Of a stretch of 39,427 bases of DNA, positions 1 through 10,600 are shown piece by piece; position 1 is the first letter of the stretch, and each line of letters starts with the position of its first letter. The stretch lies in the sequence record OP331230.1, one strand, 5' to 3'. Position numbers and translations under genes: made by a program. The notes below the pieces were generated by a model that worked only from the letters and a program-made list of their open reading frames with translations, searched no databases and had not been told where the DNA came from. The DNA comes from Escherichia phage 04922B.

Positions 1-1029
1 GCTACTATGACTGGTGGACAGCAACTGGGTACTAACCAAGGTAAAGGTCAAAGTGCTGGTGATAAACTGGCGTTGTTCTTGAAGGTATTTGGTGGTGAAG
101 TTCTGACTGCATTCGCTCGTACCTCTGTGACCACTTCTCGACACATGACCCGTTCCATCTCCAGCGGTAAATCCGCTCAGTTCCCTGTACTGGGTCGTAC
201 TCAGGCGGCTTACTTGTCTCCTGGTGAGAACCTCGACGATATTCGTAAAGACATCAAACACACCGAGAAGACCATCACCATTGACGGCCTCCTGACGGCA
301 GACGTTCTGATTTACGATATTGAGGACGCAATGAACCACTATGACGTTCGCTCTGAGTATACCTCTCAGCTTGGAGAATCTCTGGCTATGGCTGCTGATG
401 GTGCAGTTCTGGCTGAGATTGCCGGTCTGTGTAACTTGGTGGGAACCTCTAACGAGAACATTGAGGGCTTAGGCTCTGCAACGGTAATTGAGACTACTCA
501 GGCTAAGACTGCACTTACCGACCAAGTTGCTCTGGGTAAAGAGATTATTGCGGCTCTGACTAAGGCTCGTGCGGCTCTGACCAAGAACTACGTTCCGGCT
601 GCTGACCGTGTGTTCTACTGTGACCCGGATAGCTACTCTGCGATTCTGGCAGCACTGATGCCTAACGCTGCAAACTACGCTGCATTGATTGACCCTGAGA
701 AGGGTTCCATCCGCAACGTTATGGGCTTTGAGGTTGTAGAAGTTCCTCACCTCACTGCTGGCGGTGCTGGCACCTCTCGCTCGGATACCTCTGGTCAGAA
801 GCACGCCTTCCCTGCCACTAAGAGTGGTAACGACAAGGTGGCTAAAGACAACGTTATCGGACTGTTCATGCATCGTTCTGCGGTTGGTACTGTGAAGCTG
901 CGTGACTTGGCTCTGGAACGTGCTCGCCGAGCTAACTTCCAAGCGGACCAGATTATCGCGAAGTACGCAATGGGTCACGGTGGTCTGCGCCCAGAAGCTG
1001 CTGGTGCTGTAGTTTTCAAGGGGGAGTAA
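1..1029 (+). CDS. 10A: Major capsid protein 10A; 5' partial in this linearisation, start codon is at 39425-39427
   Basis: Translation MTGGQQLGTNQGKG...AVVFKGE is near-identical to T7 gp10A as I recall it; reading frame is continuous with the ATG at the window end. Confidence 0.96.
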   Translation, partial: ATMTGGQQLGTNQGKGQSAGDKLALFLKVFGGEVLTAFARTSVTTSRHMTRSISSGKSAQFPVLGRTQAAYLSPGENLDDIRKDIKHTEKTITIDGLLTADVLIYDIEDAMNHYDVRSEYTSQLGESLAMAADGAVLAEIAGLCNLVGTSNENIEGLGSATVIETTQAKTALTDQVALGKEIIAALTKARAALTKNYVPAADRVFYCDPDSYSAILAALMPNAANYAALIDPEKGSIRNVMGFEVVEVPHLTAGGAGTSRSDTSGQKHAFPATKSGNDKVAKDNVIGLFMHRSAVGTVKLRDLALERARRANFQADQIIAKYAMGHGGLRPEAAGAVVFKGE

Positions 1030-1181
1030 TGCTGAAAGTGACCTCAACGGTCGCTGCTAGTACCGAAGAGGTGAGCATTACTTCCGAAGAGAGTCTAACT
1101 CCAGCACAGAAAGCTGCACGTACACGCGCTGCCAACAAAGCCCGAAGGGAAGCAGAGTTGGCTGCTGCCGCTGCTGAGTAA
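1012..1181 (+). other. 10B: Putative -1 frameshift extension giving minor capsid protein 10B
   Basis: The -1 frame after the gttttc motif reads MLKVTSTVAASTEEVSITSEESLTPAQKAARTRAANKARREAELAAAAAE and stops at 1179-1181, matching the T7 10B tail from memory. Confidence 0.6.
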
Positions 1182-1184
1182 TAA

Positions 1185-1232
1185 CTAGCATAACCCCTTG
1201 GGGCCTCTAAACGGGTCTTGAGGGGTTTTTTG
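1185..1232 (+). terminator. T7-RNAP terminator Tphi
   Basis: ctagcataaccccttggggcctctaaacgggtcttgaggggttttttg: GC-rich hairpin plus U-run, matching the Tphi sequence. Confidence 0.93.
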
Positions 1233-1249
1233 CTGAAAGGAGGAACTAT

Positions 1250-1840
1250 ATGCGCTCTTACGATATGAACGTTGAGACTGCCGCTGAGTTATCCGCTGTG
1301 AACGACATTCTGGCATCTATCGGAGAACCTCCGGTATCGACGCTGGAAGGTGACTCTAACGCAGACGTAGCGAACGCTCGACGTATTCTCAACAAGATTA
1401 ACCGACAGATTCAGTCTCGTGGCTGGACGTTCAACATTGAGGAAGGCATAACGCTTCTGCCAGATGTTTACTCCAACCTGATTGTATATAGCGATGACTA
1501 CCTGTCACTAATGGCTACCTCTGGTCAGTCAATCTATGTCAACCGTGGTGGCTATGTGTATGACCGAACGAGTCAATCAGACCGCTTTGAGTCCGGTATT
1601 ACCGTGAACATTATTCGTCTCCGCGACTACGATGAGATGCCTGAGTGCTTCCGCTACTGGATTGTCACCAAGGCTTCCCGCCAGTTCAACAACCGATTCT
1701 TTGGGGCACCAGAAGTAGAGGGTGTACTCCAAGAAGAGGAAGATGAGGCTAGACGTCTCTGTATGGAGTACGAAGTGGACTACGGTGGGTACAATATGCT
1801 GGACGGTGATGCATTCACTTCTGGTCTACTGACTCGCTAA
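1250..1840 (+). CDS. 11: Tail tubular protein A (gp11)
   Basis: 196-aa [38 protein letters not shown]..., recognised as T7 gp11; RBS ggaggaa upstream. Confidence 0.95.
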   Translation: MRSYDMNVETAAELSAVNDILASIGEPPVSTLEGDSNADVANARRILNKINRQIQSRGWTFNIEEGITLLPDVYSNLIVYSDDYLSLMATSGQSIYVNRGGYVYDRTSQSDRFESGITVNIIRLRDYDEMPECFRYWIVTKASRQFNNRFFGAPEVEGVLQEEEDEARRLCMEYEVDYGGYNMLDGDAFTSGLLTR

Positions 1841-1860
1841 TAATCAATAAGGAGGCTCTA

Positions 1861-4251
1861 ATGGCACTCATTAGCCAATCAATCAAGAACTTGAAGGGTG
1901 GTATCAGCCAACAGCCTGACATCCTTCGTTATCCCGACCAAGGGTCACGCCAAGTTAACGGTTGGTCTTCGGAGACCGAGGGCCTCCAAAAGCGTCCACC
2001 TATGGTTTTCCTTAAGACACTGGGAGGAAGTGGTGACTTAGGACAAGCACCTCTCATTCACCTGATAAACCGTGACGAGTACGAGCGGTACTACGCAGTG
2101 TTTACCGGAAGTACAATCCGAGTTTTTGATTTAGCTGGTAACGAGAAACAAGTGCGTTTCCCTTCAGGGGCAGCGTATGTACAGACAGCTAACCCAAGGA
2201 ATGACCTTAGGATGGTAACAGTTGCAGACTACACGTTTGTCGTTAACAGAAACGTCACAGTAACCGAGTCAACCGAAATTTCAACTGGTGGTAACTTTCG
2301 GGATAAAGGTGACGCTCTGATTAACGTGCGAGGTGGTCAATATGGAAGAACATTGAAGGTTCTGATTAATGGTACAGTATATGCATCATACACAATCCCC
2401 AACGGGTCCGCTCCAGAACACGTCAATAACACAGATGCTCAATGGCTTGCTAACGAGTTGGCTAAAAATCTTAGGAACACCCTAGGACCCCACGGGTGGA
2501 CATTCAACGTTGGTCAAGGGTTCATTCATGTGATAGCTCCTGCCAACGGCGAGATAGTCAACATATCAACCGAGGATGGATACGCAGACCAGCTAATTAA
2601 CCCCGTCACGCACTACGCTCAGTCGTTCTCTAAGTTGCCACCAAACGCTCCAGACGGCTACATGGTTAAGATTGTTGGAGATTCCTCAAAGTCCGCTGAC
2701 CAGTATTACGTTCAGTATGATGCCAGTCGTAAGGTATGGAAGGAAGTTGTTGGGTGGAACACCAAGCTGCACTACACTCATGCTACGATGCCTCACGCTC
2801 TCATTAGGGCCTCTGATGGTAACTTTGAATTCCAGACCATCTCGTGGAACCCTAGGGTGTGCGGTGATGCCGATACTAACCCGTATCCTTCATTCGTAGG
2901 CTCTACGATTAATGATGTCTTCTTCTTCCGTAACCGTTTAGGATTCCTTAGCGGAGAGAATATCATATTGAGTCGTACTGCAAAATACTTCAACTTCTTC
3001 CCAGCGTCGGTTGCTAACCTAAGTGATGATGACCCTATCGACGTAGCTGTGAGTACCAACCGAATCGCAATCCTTAAGTACGCCGTTCCGTTCTCAGAAG
3101 AGTTACTCATCTGGTCCGATGAAGCACAGTTCGTACTGACTGCTTCTGGGACTCTCACGTCGAAGTCGGTTGAGTTGAACCTAACGACTCAGTTTGACGT
3201 ACAGGACCGAGCGAGACCTTTTGGGATTGGACGAAATGTCTACTTTGCTAGTCCGAGGTCCAGCTTCACGTCCATCCACAGATACTATGCTGTGCAGGAC
3301 GTAAGTTCCGTTAAGAACGCTGAGGACATTACAGCACACGTTCCTAACTACATTCCAAATGGTGTGTTTAGTATTTGTGGTAGTGGTACCGAAAACTTCT
3401 GTTCTGTACTATCTCACGGGGACCCTAGCAAAATCTTCATGTACAAATTCCTGTACCTTAACGAAGAGCTAAGGCAACAGTCGTGGTCTCACTGGGACTT
3501 TGGGGCAAACGTGCAGGTTTTGGCATGTCAGAGCATCAACTCAGATATGTTCATTATTCTACGTAACGAGTTCAATACGTTCCTTGCGAGAGTTTCCTTT
3601 ACGAAGAACGCCATTGACTTACAGGGAGAACCCTATCGGGCCTTTATGGATATGAAGATTCGCTACACGATTCCAAGCGGAACGTACAACGATGACACCT
3701 ACGAAACTTCCATTCACATACCAACCATTTATGGTGCGAACTTCGGGAGGGGCAAAATCACTGTATTGGAGCCTGATGGTAAGATAACCGTATTTGAGCA
3801 ACCAACTTCTGGGTGGAACAATGACCCATGGTTGAGGCTTAGTGGTAACTTAGAGGGACGAACGGTATACATTGGGTTCAACATTAACTTCGTCTATGAG
3901 TTCTCTAAGTTTCTCATCAAGCAGACTGCCGACGATGGGTCAACCTCAACGGAAGACATTGGTCGCTTGCAGTTACGCCGAGCGTGGGTTAACTATGAGG
4001 AGTCTGGTACGTTTGACATTTATGTTGAGAACCAATCATCCAACTGGAAGTATACGATGGCTGGTGCTCGCTTAGGCTCTAACACTCTGAGGGCTGGTCG
4101 ATTGAACTTAGGGACAGGACAATACCGATTCCCTGTGGTTGGTAACGCCAAGTTCAATACCGTGTCTATCTTGTCTGACGAGACTACCCCGCTGAACATC
4201 ATTGGTTGTGGCTGGGAAGGTAACTACTTACGGAGAAGTTCCGGTATTTAA
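1861..4251 (+). CDS. 12: Tail tubular protein B (gp12)
   Basis: 796-aa ORF recognised as T7 gp12 (794 aa); RBS aaggagg upstream. Confidence 0.95.
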   Translation: MALISQSIKNLKGGISQQPDILRYPDQGSRQVNGWSSETEGLQKRPPMVFLKTLGGSGDLGQAPLIHLINRDEYERYYAVFTGSTIRVFDLAGNEKQVRFPSGAAYVQTANPRNDLRMVTVADYTFVVNRNVTVTESTEISTGGNFRDKGDALINVRGGQYGRTLKVLINGTVYASYTIPNGSAPEHVNNTDAQWLANELAKNLRNTLGPHGWTFNVGQGFIHVIAPANGEIVNISTEDGYADQLINPVTHYAQSFSKLPPNAPDGYMVKIVGDSSKSADQYYVQYDASRKVWKEVVGWNTKLHYTHATMPHALIRASDGNFEFQTISWNPRVCGDADTNPYPSFVGSTINDVFFFRNRLGFLSGENIILSRTAKYFNFFPASVANLSDDDPIDVAVSTNRIAILKYAVPFSEELLIWSDEAQFVLTASGTLTSKSVELNLTTQFDVQDRARPFGIGRNVYFASPRSSFTSIHRYYAVQDVSSVKNAEDITAHVPNYIPNGVFSICGSGTENFCSVLSHGDPSKIFMYKFLYLNEELRQQSWSHWDFGANVQVLACQSINSDMFIILRNEFNTFLARVSFTKNAIDLQGEPYRAFMDMKIRYTIPSGTYNDDTYETSIHIPTIYGANFGRGKITVLEPDGKITVFEQPTSGWNNDPWLRLSGNLEGRTVYIGFNINFVYEFSKFLIKQTADDGSTSTEDIGRLQLRRAWVNYEESGTFDIYVENQSSNWKYTMAGARLGSNTLRAGRLNLGTGQYRFPVVGNAKFNTVSILSDETTPLNIIGCGWEGNYLRRSSGI

Positions 4252-4281
4252 TTAAGTGTTCTCCCTGTGGTTGTTCGAAAT

Positions 4282-4304
4282 TAATACGACTCACTATAGG
4301 GAGA
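4282..4304 (+). promoter_or_regulatory. T7-RNAP class III promoter phi13
   Basis: taatacgactcactatagggaga, exact 23-bp consensus. Confidence 0.93.
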
Positions 4305-4331
4305 ACAATACGACTACGGGAGGGTTTTCTT

Positions 4332-4748
4332 ATGATGACAATAAGACCTACTAAAAGTACAGACTTTGAGGTATTCACTCCGGCTCACCATGACATTCTT
4401 GAAGCTAAGGCTGCTGGTATTGAGCCTAGTTTCCCTGATGCTTCCGAGTGTGTCACGTTGAGCCTATATGGGTTCCCTCTAGCCATTGGTGGTAATTGCG
4501 GGGACCAGTGCTGGTTCGTTACGAGTGACCAAGTGTGGCGACTTAGTGGAAAAGCTAAGCGAGAATTCCGTAAGTTAATCATGGAGTATCGCGATAAGAT
4601 GCTTGAGAAGTATGATACTCTTTGGAATTACGTGTGGGTAGGCAATACGTCTCACATTCGTTTCCTCAAGACTATCGGTGCGGTATTTCATGAGGAGTAC
4701 ACACGCGATGGTCAATTTCAATTATTCACAATAACGAAAGGAGGGTGA
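4332..4748 (+). CDS. 13: Internal virion protein A (gp13)
   Basis: 138-aa ORF MMTIRPTKSTDFEVFTPAHHDILEAK..., recognised as T7 gp13. Confidence 0.94.
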   Translation: MMTIRPTKSTDFEVFTPAHHDILEAKAAGIEPSFPDASECVTLSLYGFPLAIGGNCGDQCWFVTSDQVWRLSGKAKREFRKLIMEYRDKMLEKYDTLWNYVWVGNTSHIRFLKTIGAVFHEEYTRDGQFQLFTITKGG

Positions 4749-4752
4749 TTAT

Positions 4753-5343
4753 ATGTGTTGGCCTGCTGCAATACCAATCGCACTAGCTGGTGCTCAGGCT
4801 ATCGGTAGCCAGAACGCTCAAGCTAAAATGATAGCTTCACAGACCGCCGCTGGTCGTCGTCAAGCAATTGAACTTATGAAGCAGACGAACATCCAGAATG
4901 CAGACCTATCGTTGCAAGCTCGAAGTAAACTTGAGGAAGCGTCCGCTGAGTTGACCTCGCAGAACATGCAGAAGGTCCAAGCTATGGGGTCTATCCGAGC
5001 GGCTATCGGAGAAAGTATGCTTGAAGGTTCCTCAATGGACCGCATTAAGCGAGTAACCGAAGGACAGTTCATTCGGGAAGCCAATATGGTAACTGAGAAC
5101 TACCGCCGTGACTACCAAGCAATCTTCGCACAGCAACTTGGTGGTACTCAAAGTGCTGCAAGTCAGATTGACGAAATCTACAAGGGTGAACAGAAACAGA
5201 AGAGTAAGCTACAGATGGTTCTTGACCCACTGGCTATCATGGGGTCATCTGCTGCTAGTGCTTATGCATCTGGGGCGTTCGACTCTAAGCCAACCACTAA
5301 GGCACCTATTGTTGCCGCTAAAGGAACCAAGACGGGGAGGTAA
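4753..5343 (+). CDS. 14: Internal virion protein B (gp14)
   Basis: 196-aa ORF, same length and position as T7 gp14. Confidence 0.93.
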   Translation: MCWPAAIPIALAGAQAIGSQNAQAKMIASQTAAGRRQAIELMKQTNIQNADLSLQARSKLEEASAELTSQNMQKVQAMGSIRAAIGESMLEGSSMDRIKRVTEGQFIREANMVTENYRRDYQAIFAQQLGGTQSAASQIDEIYKGEQKQKSKLQMVLDPLAIMGSSAASAYASGAFDSKPTTKAPIVAAKGTKTGR

Positions 5344-5349
5344 TACACT

Positions 5350-7593
5350 ATGAGTAAGATTGAATCTGCCCTTCAAGCCGCACAACCGGGACTATCTAGG
5401 TTACGTAGTGGCGCTGGTGGTATGGGCTATCGTGCAGCAACCACTCAGGCCGAACAGCCTAAGTCAAGCCTATTGGACACCATTGGTCGGTTCGCTCAGG
5501 CTGGAGCCGATATGTATACCGCTAAGGAACAACGTGCTCGTGACCTAGCCGATGAACGCTCTAACGAGATTATTCGCAAGCTGACCCCTGAGCAACGCCG
5601 AGAGGCTCTCAACAACGGGACCCTTCTGTATCAGGATGACCCATACGCTATGGAAGCACTACGAGTCAAGACTGGTCGTAACGCTGCGTACCTAGTTGAT
5701 GATGACGTTATGCAGAAGGTAAAAGAGGGTGTCTTCCGTACTCGTGAAGAGATGGAACAGTATCGCCACAGTCGTCTTCAAGAGGGCGCTAAGGCATACG
5801 CTGAGCAGTTTGGGATTGACCCTGATGACGTTGATTATCAGCGTGGTTTCAACGGGGACATCACTGAGCGTAACATCTCACTGTATGGTGCGCATGATAA
5901 CTTCTTGAGCCAGCAAGCTCAGAAGGGTGCCATCATGAACAGCCGAGTGGAACTCAACGGTGTCCTTCAAGACCCTGATATGCTTCGCCGCCCAGACTCT
6001 GCTGACTTCTTTGAGAAGTACATCGACAATGGTCTGGTTACTGGGGCAATCCCATCTGATGCTCAAGCCACACAGCTTATAAGCCAAGCGTTCAGTGACG
6101 CTTCTAGCCGTGCTGGTGGTGCTGACTTCCTGATGCGAGTCGGGGACAAGAAGGTAACACTTAACGGAGCCACTACGACTTACCGAGAGTTGATGGGTGA
6201 GGAACAGTGGAATGCTCTAATGGTGACAGCACAACGCTCTCAGTTTGAGACTGACGCTAAGCTGAACGAGCAGTATCGCTTGAAGATTAACTCTGCGCTG
6301 AACCAAGAGGACCCTCGTACTGCGTGGGAGATGCTTCAAGGTATCAAGGCTGAACTAGATAAGGTACAACCTGATGAGCAGATGACACCACAACGTGAGT
6401 GGCTAATCTCCGCACAGGAACAAGTTCAGAATCAGATGAATGCATGGACGAAAGCTCAGGCCAAGGCTCTGGACGATTCCATGAAGTCAATGAACAAACT
6501 TGACGTAATCGACAAGCAATTCCAGAAGCGAATCAACGGTGAGTGGGTCTCAACGGATTTTAAGGATATGCCAGTCAACGAGAACACTGGTGAGTTCAAG
6601 CATAGCGATATGGTTAACTACGCCAATAAGAAGCTCGCTGAGATTGACCGTATGGATATTCCAGATGGCGCTAAGGACGCTATGAAGTTGAAGTACCTTC
6701 AAGCTGACTCTAAGGACGGTGCATTCCGTACAGCAATCGGGACTATGGTAACAGACGCTGGTCAAGAGTGGTCTGCCGCTGTGATTAACGGTAAGTTACC
6801 GGACAATACCCCAGCTTTGGATGCTCTACGTAGAATCCGTAATGCCGACCCTCAGTTGATTGCTGCGCTATACCCAGACCAAGCTGAGTTATTCCTTACG
6901 ATGGACATGATGGACAAGCAAGGTCTCGACCCTCAGCTTCTTCTTGATGCCGACCGACTGACTGTTAAGCGGTCCAAAGAGCAACGCTTTGAGGATGATA
7001 AAGCATTTGAGTCTGCACTGAATGCGTCTAAGGCTCCTGAGATTGCCCGTATGCCAGCGTCACTGCGCGAATCTGCACGTAAGATTTATGACTCAGTTAA
7101 GTATCGCTCAGGGAACGAAAGCATGGCTATGGAGCAGATGACCAAGTTCCTTAAGGAATCTACCTACACGTTCACTGGTGACGATGTTGATGGTGATACT
7201 ATTGGTGTAATTCCGAAGAACATGATGCAAGTCAACTCTGACCCGAAATCATGGGAGCAAGGTCGTGATATTCTGGAGGAAGCACGTAAGGGAATCATTG
7301 CGAGCAACCCTTGGATAACCAATAAGCAACTGACCATGTATTCACAAGGTGACTCCATTTACCTTATGGATACCACTGGTCAAGTCCGCGTCCGTTATGA
7401 TAAAGAGTTACTCTCGAAGGTCTGGAGTGAGAACCAGAAGAAACTCGAAGAGAAGGCTCGCGAGAAGGCTCTGGCTGATGTTAACAAGCGAGCACCTATA
7501 GTTGCCGCTACGAAGGCCCGTGAAGCTGCTGCTAAACGAGTCCGAGAGAAACGTAAACAGACTCCTAAGTTCATCTACGGACGTAAGGAGTAA
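5350..7593 (+). CDS. 15: Internal virion (core) protein C (gp15)
   Basis: 747-aa ORF, same length as T7 gp15. Confidence 0.94.
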   Translation: MSKIESALQAAQPGLSRLRSGAGGMGYRAATTQAEQPKSSLLDTIGRFAQAGADMYTAKEQRARDLADERSNEIIRKLTPEQRREALNNGTLLYQDDPYAMEALRVKTGRNAAYLVDDDVMQKVKEGVFRTREEMEQYRHSRLQEGAKAYAEQFGIDPDDVDYQRGFNGDITERNISLYGAHDNFLSQQAQKGAIMNSRVELNGVLQDPDMLRRPDSADFFEKYIDNGLVTGAIPSDAQATQLISQAFSDASSRAGGADFLMRVGDKKVTLNGATTTYRELMGEEQWNALMVTAQRSQFETDAKLNEQYRLKINSALNQEDPRTAWEMLQGIKAELDKVQPDEQMTPQREWLISAQEQVQNQMNAWTKAQAKALDDSMKSMNKLDVIDKQFQKRINGEWVSTDFKDMPVNENTGEFKHSDMVNYANKKLAEIDRMDIPDGAKDAMKLKYLQADSKDGAFRTAIGTMVTDAGQEWSAAVINGKLPDNTPALDALRRIRNADPQLIAALYPDQAELFLTMDMMDKQGLDPQLLLDADRLTVKRSKEQRFEDDKAFESALNASKAPEIARMPASLRESARKIYDSVKYRSGNESMAMEQMTKFLKESTYTFTGDDVDGDTIGVIPKNMMQVNSDPKSWEQGRDILEEARKGIIASNPWITNKQLTMYSQGDSIYLMDTTGQVRVRYDKELLSKVWSENQKKLEEKAREKALADVNKRAPIVAATKAREAAAKRVREKRKQTPKFIYGRKE

Positions 7594-7622
7594 CTAAAGG
7601 CTACAACATAAGGAGGCCCTAA

Positions 7623-10600
7623 ATGGATAAGTACGATAAGAACGTACCAAGTGATTATGATGGTCTGTTCCAAAAGGCGGCTGATGCCAACGGGGTCTCT
7701 TATGACCTTTTACGTAAAGTCGCTTGGACGGAATCACGATTTGTACCTACAGCAAAGTCTAAGACTGGACCATTAGGTATGATGCAATTTACCAAGGCAA
7801 CCGCTAAGGCCCTTGGTCTGCGAGTTACCGATGGTCCAGATGACGACCGACTGAACCCTGAGTTAGCTATCAACGCTGCTGCTAAGCACCTTGCGGGTCT
7901 GGTTGGTAAATTCGATGGTGATGAACTCAAAGCTGCCCTTGCGTATAACCAAGGCGAGGGACGCTTGGGTAATCCACAACTTGAGGCGTACTCTAAGGGA
8001 GACTTCGCGTCCATCTCTGAGGAGGGGCGTAATTACATGCGTAGCCTTCTGGATGTTGCTAAGTCACCTATGGCTGGACAGTTGGAAACTTTTGGAGGCA
8101 TCACCCCAAAGGGTAAAGGAATTCCGGCTGAGGTAGGATTGGCTGGAATTGGTCATAAGCAGAAGGTGACACAGGAACTACCTGAGTCCACAAGTTTTGA
8201 CGTTAAGGGTATCGAACAGGAGGCTCCGGCGAAACCATTCGCCAAGGACTTTTGGGAGACCCACGGAGAAACGCTTGACGAATACAACAGTCGTTCAACC
8301 TTCTTCGGATTCAAAAATGCTGCCGAAGCTGAACTCTCCAACTCAGTCGCTGGGATGGCTTTCCGTGCTGGTCGTCTCGATAATGGTTTTGACGTGTTTA
8401 AAGACACCATTACGCCGACTCGCTGGAACTCTCACATCTGGACTCCAGAAGAGTTAGAGAAGATTAGAACAGAGGTTAAGAACCCTGCGTACATCAACGT
8501 GGTAACTGGTGGTTCCCCTGAGAATCTTGACGACCTCATTAAGCTGGCTAACGAGAACTTTGAGAATGACTCACTAGCTGCCGAAGCTGGTCTAGGTGCA
8601 AAACTGAGTGCTGGTATTATTGGCGCTGGCGTGGACCCTCTTAGCTATGTCCCTATGGTCGGTGTCACTGGTAAGGGCTTTAAGTTAATCAATAAGGCTC
8701 TTGTAGTTGGTGCAGAAAGTGCTGCTCTGAACGTTGCATCCGAAGGTCTCCGTACCTCCGTAGCTGGCGGTGACGCAGACTACGCTGGTGCGGCCTTAGG
8801 TGGCTTTGTGTTTGGCGCTGGTATGTCTGCAATCAGTGACGCTATAGCTGCTGGACTTAAACGTAGTAAACCAGAAGCTGAGTTCGATAATGAGTTCATC
8901 GGCCCTATGATGCGGATGGAAGCCCGTGAGACAGCACGCAACGCCAACTCTGCTGACCTCTCTCGGATGAACACTGAGAACATGAAGTTTGAAGGTGAAC
9001 ATAATGGTGTCCCTTATGAGGACTTATCAACCGAGAAAGGTGCCGTGGTGTTACAGGATGGCTCCGTTCTAAGTGCAAGCAACCCAATCAACCCTAAGAC
9101 CCTCAAAGAGTTCTCCGAGGTTGACCCTGAGAAGGCTGCGAGAGGAATCAAACTTGCTGGATTCACCGAGATAGGCTTGAAGACCTTGGGGTCTGACGAT
9201 GCTGACATCCGTAGAGTGGCTATCGACCTCGTTCGCTCTCCTACTGGTATGCAGTCTGGTGCCTCCGGTAAGTTCGGTGCAACAGCTTCTGACATCCATG
9301 AGAGACTTCATGGTACTGACCAGCGTACTTATAATGACTTGTACAAAGCAATGTCTGACGCTATGAAAGACCCTGAGTTCTCTACTGGCGGCGCTAAGAT
9401 GTCCCGTGAAGAAGCTCGATACACTATCTACCGTAGAGCGGCACTAGCTATTGAGCGTCCAGAGTTGCAGAAGGCACTAACCCCGTCTGAGAGAATCGTT
9501 ATGGACATTATTAAGCGCCACTTTGACACCAAGCGTGAACTTATGGAGAATCCTGCAATCTTCGGTAATACGAAGGCTGTGAGTATTTTCCCTGAGAGTC
9601 GCCACAAAGGGACTTACGTTCCTCACGTTTACGACCGTCATGCTAAAGCACTGATGATTCAACGCTACGGTGCCGAAGGTTTACAGGAAGGTATTGCTCG
9701 TTCGTGGATGAACAGCTACGTCTCCAGACCTGAGGTCAAGGCCAGAGTCGATGAGATGCTTAAGGAATTACACGGGGTGAAGGAAGTAACGCCAGAGATG
9801 GTAGAGAAGTACGCTATGGATAAGGCTTATGGTATCTCCCATTCAGACCAGTTCACCAACAGTTCCATCATTGAAGAGAACATTGAGGGCTTAGTAGGTA
9901 TAGAGAACAACTCATTCCTTGAGGCACGTAACTTGTTTGATTCGGACCTATCCATCACTATGCCAGACGGACAGCAATTCTCGGTGAACGACCTAAGGGA
10001 CTTCGATATGTTCCGCATCATGCCAGCGTATGACCGCCGTATTAATGGTGACATCGCCATCATGGGGTCTACTGGTAAAACCACTAAGGAACTTAAGGAT
10101 GAGATTTTGGCTCTCAAGGCGAAAGCTGAGGGTGACGGTAAGAAGACTGGCGAGGTTCATGCTCTAATGGATACCGTTAAGATTCTTACTGGTCGTGCTC
10201 GACGCAATCAGGACACTGTGTGGGAAACCTCACTGCGTTCCATCAATGACCTAGGGTTCTTCGCTAAGAACGCCTACATGGGTGCTCAGAACCTTACGGA
10301 GATTGCTGGTATGATTGCCACGGGCAACGTTCGTGCTCTAGGCCACGGTATCCCAATTCTGCGTGATACACTCTACAAGTCTAAACCAGTTTCCGCTAAG
10401 GAACTCAAGGAACTCCATGCGTCTCTGTTCGGGAAGGAGGTGGACCAGTTGATTCGCCCTAAACGTGCTGACATTGTGCAGCGCCTAAGGGAAGCAACTG
10501 ATACTGGCCCTGCTGTGGCGAACATCGTAGGGACCTTGAAGTATTCCACACAGGAACTGGCTGCTCGCTCTCCATGGACTAAGATGCTGAACGGGACCAC

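Noticed and set aside
469-1047. 192-aa minus-strand ORF inside gene 10A
   Set aside because: Antisense to a highly conserved capsid gene; T7-type genomes are transcribed from one strand only; no RBS or promoter.
2672-2899. Short plus-strand ORFs in alternative frames inside genes 12, 15, 16, 17 and 19 (for example 2672-2899, 5360-5548, 7891-8136, 12148-12360, 15398-15631)
   Set aside because: Embedded in alternative frames of well-recognised genes without start signals; treated as chance ORFs.
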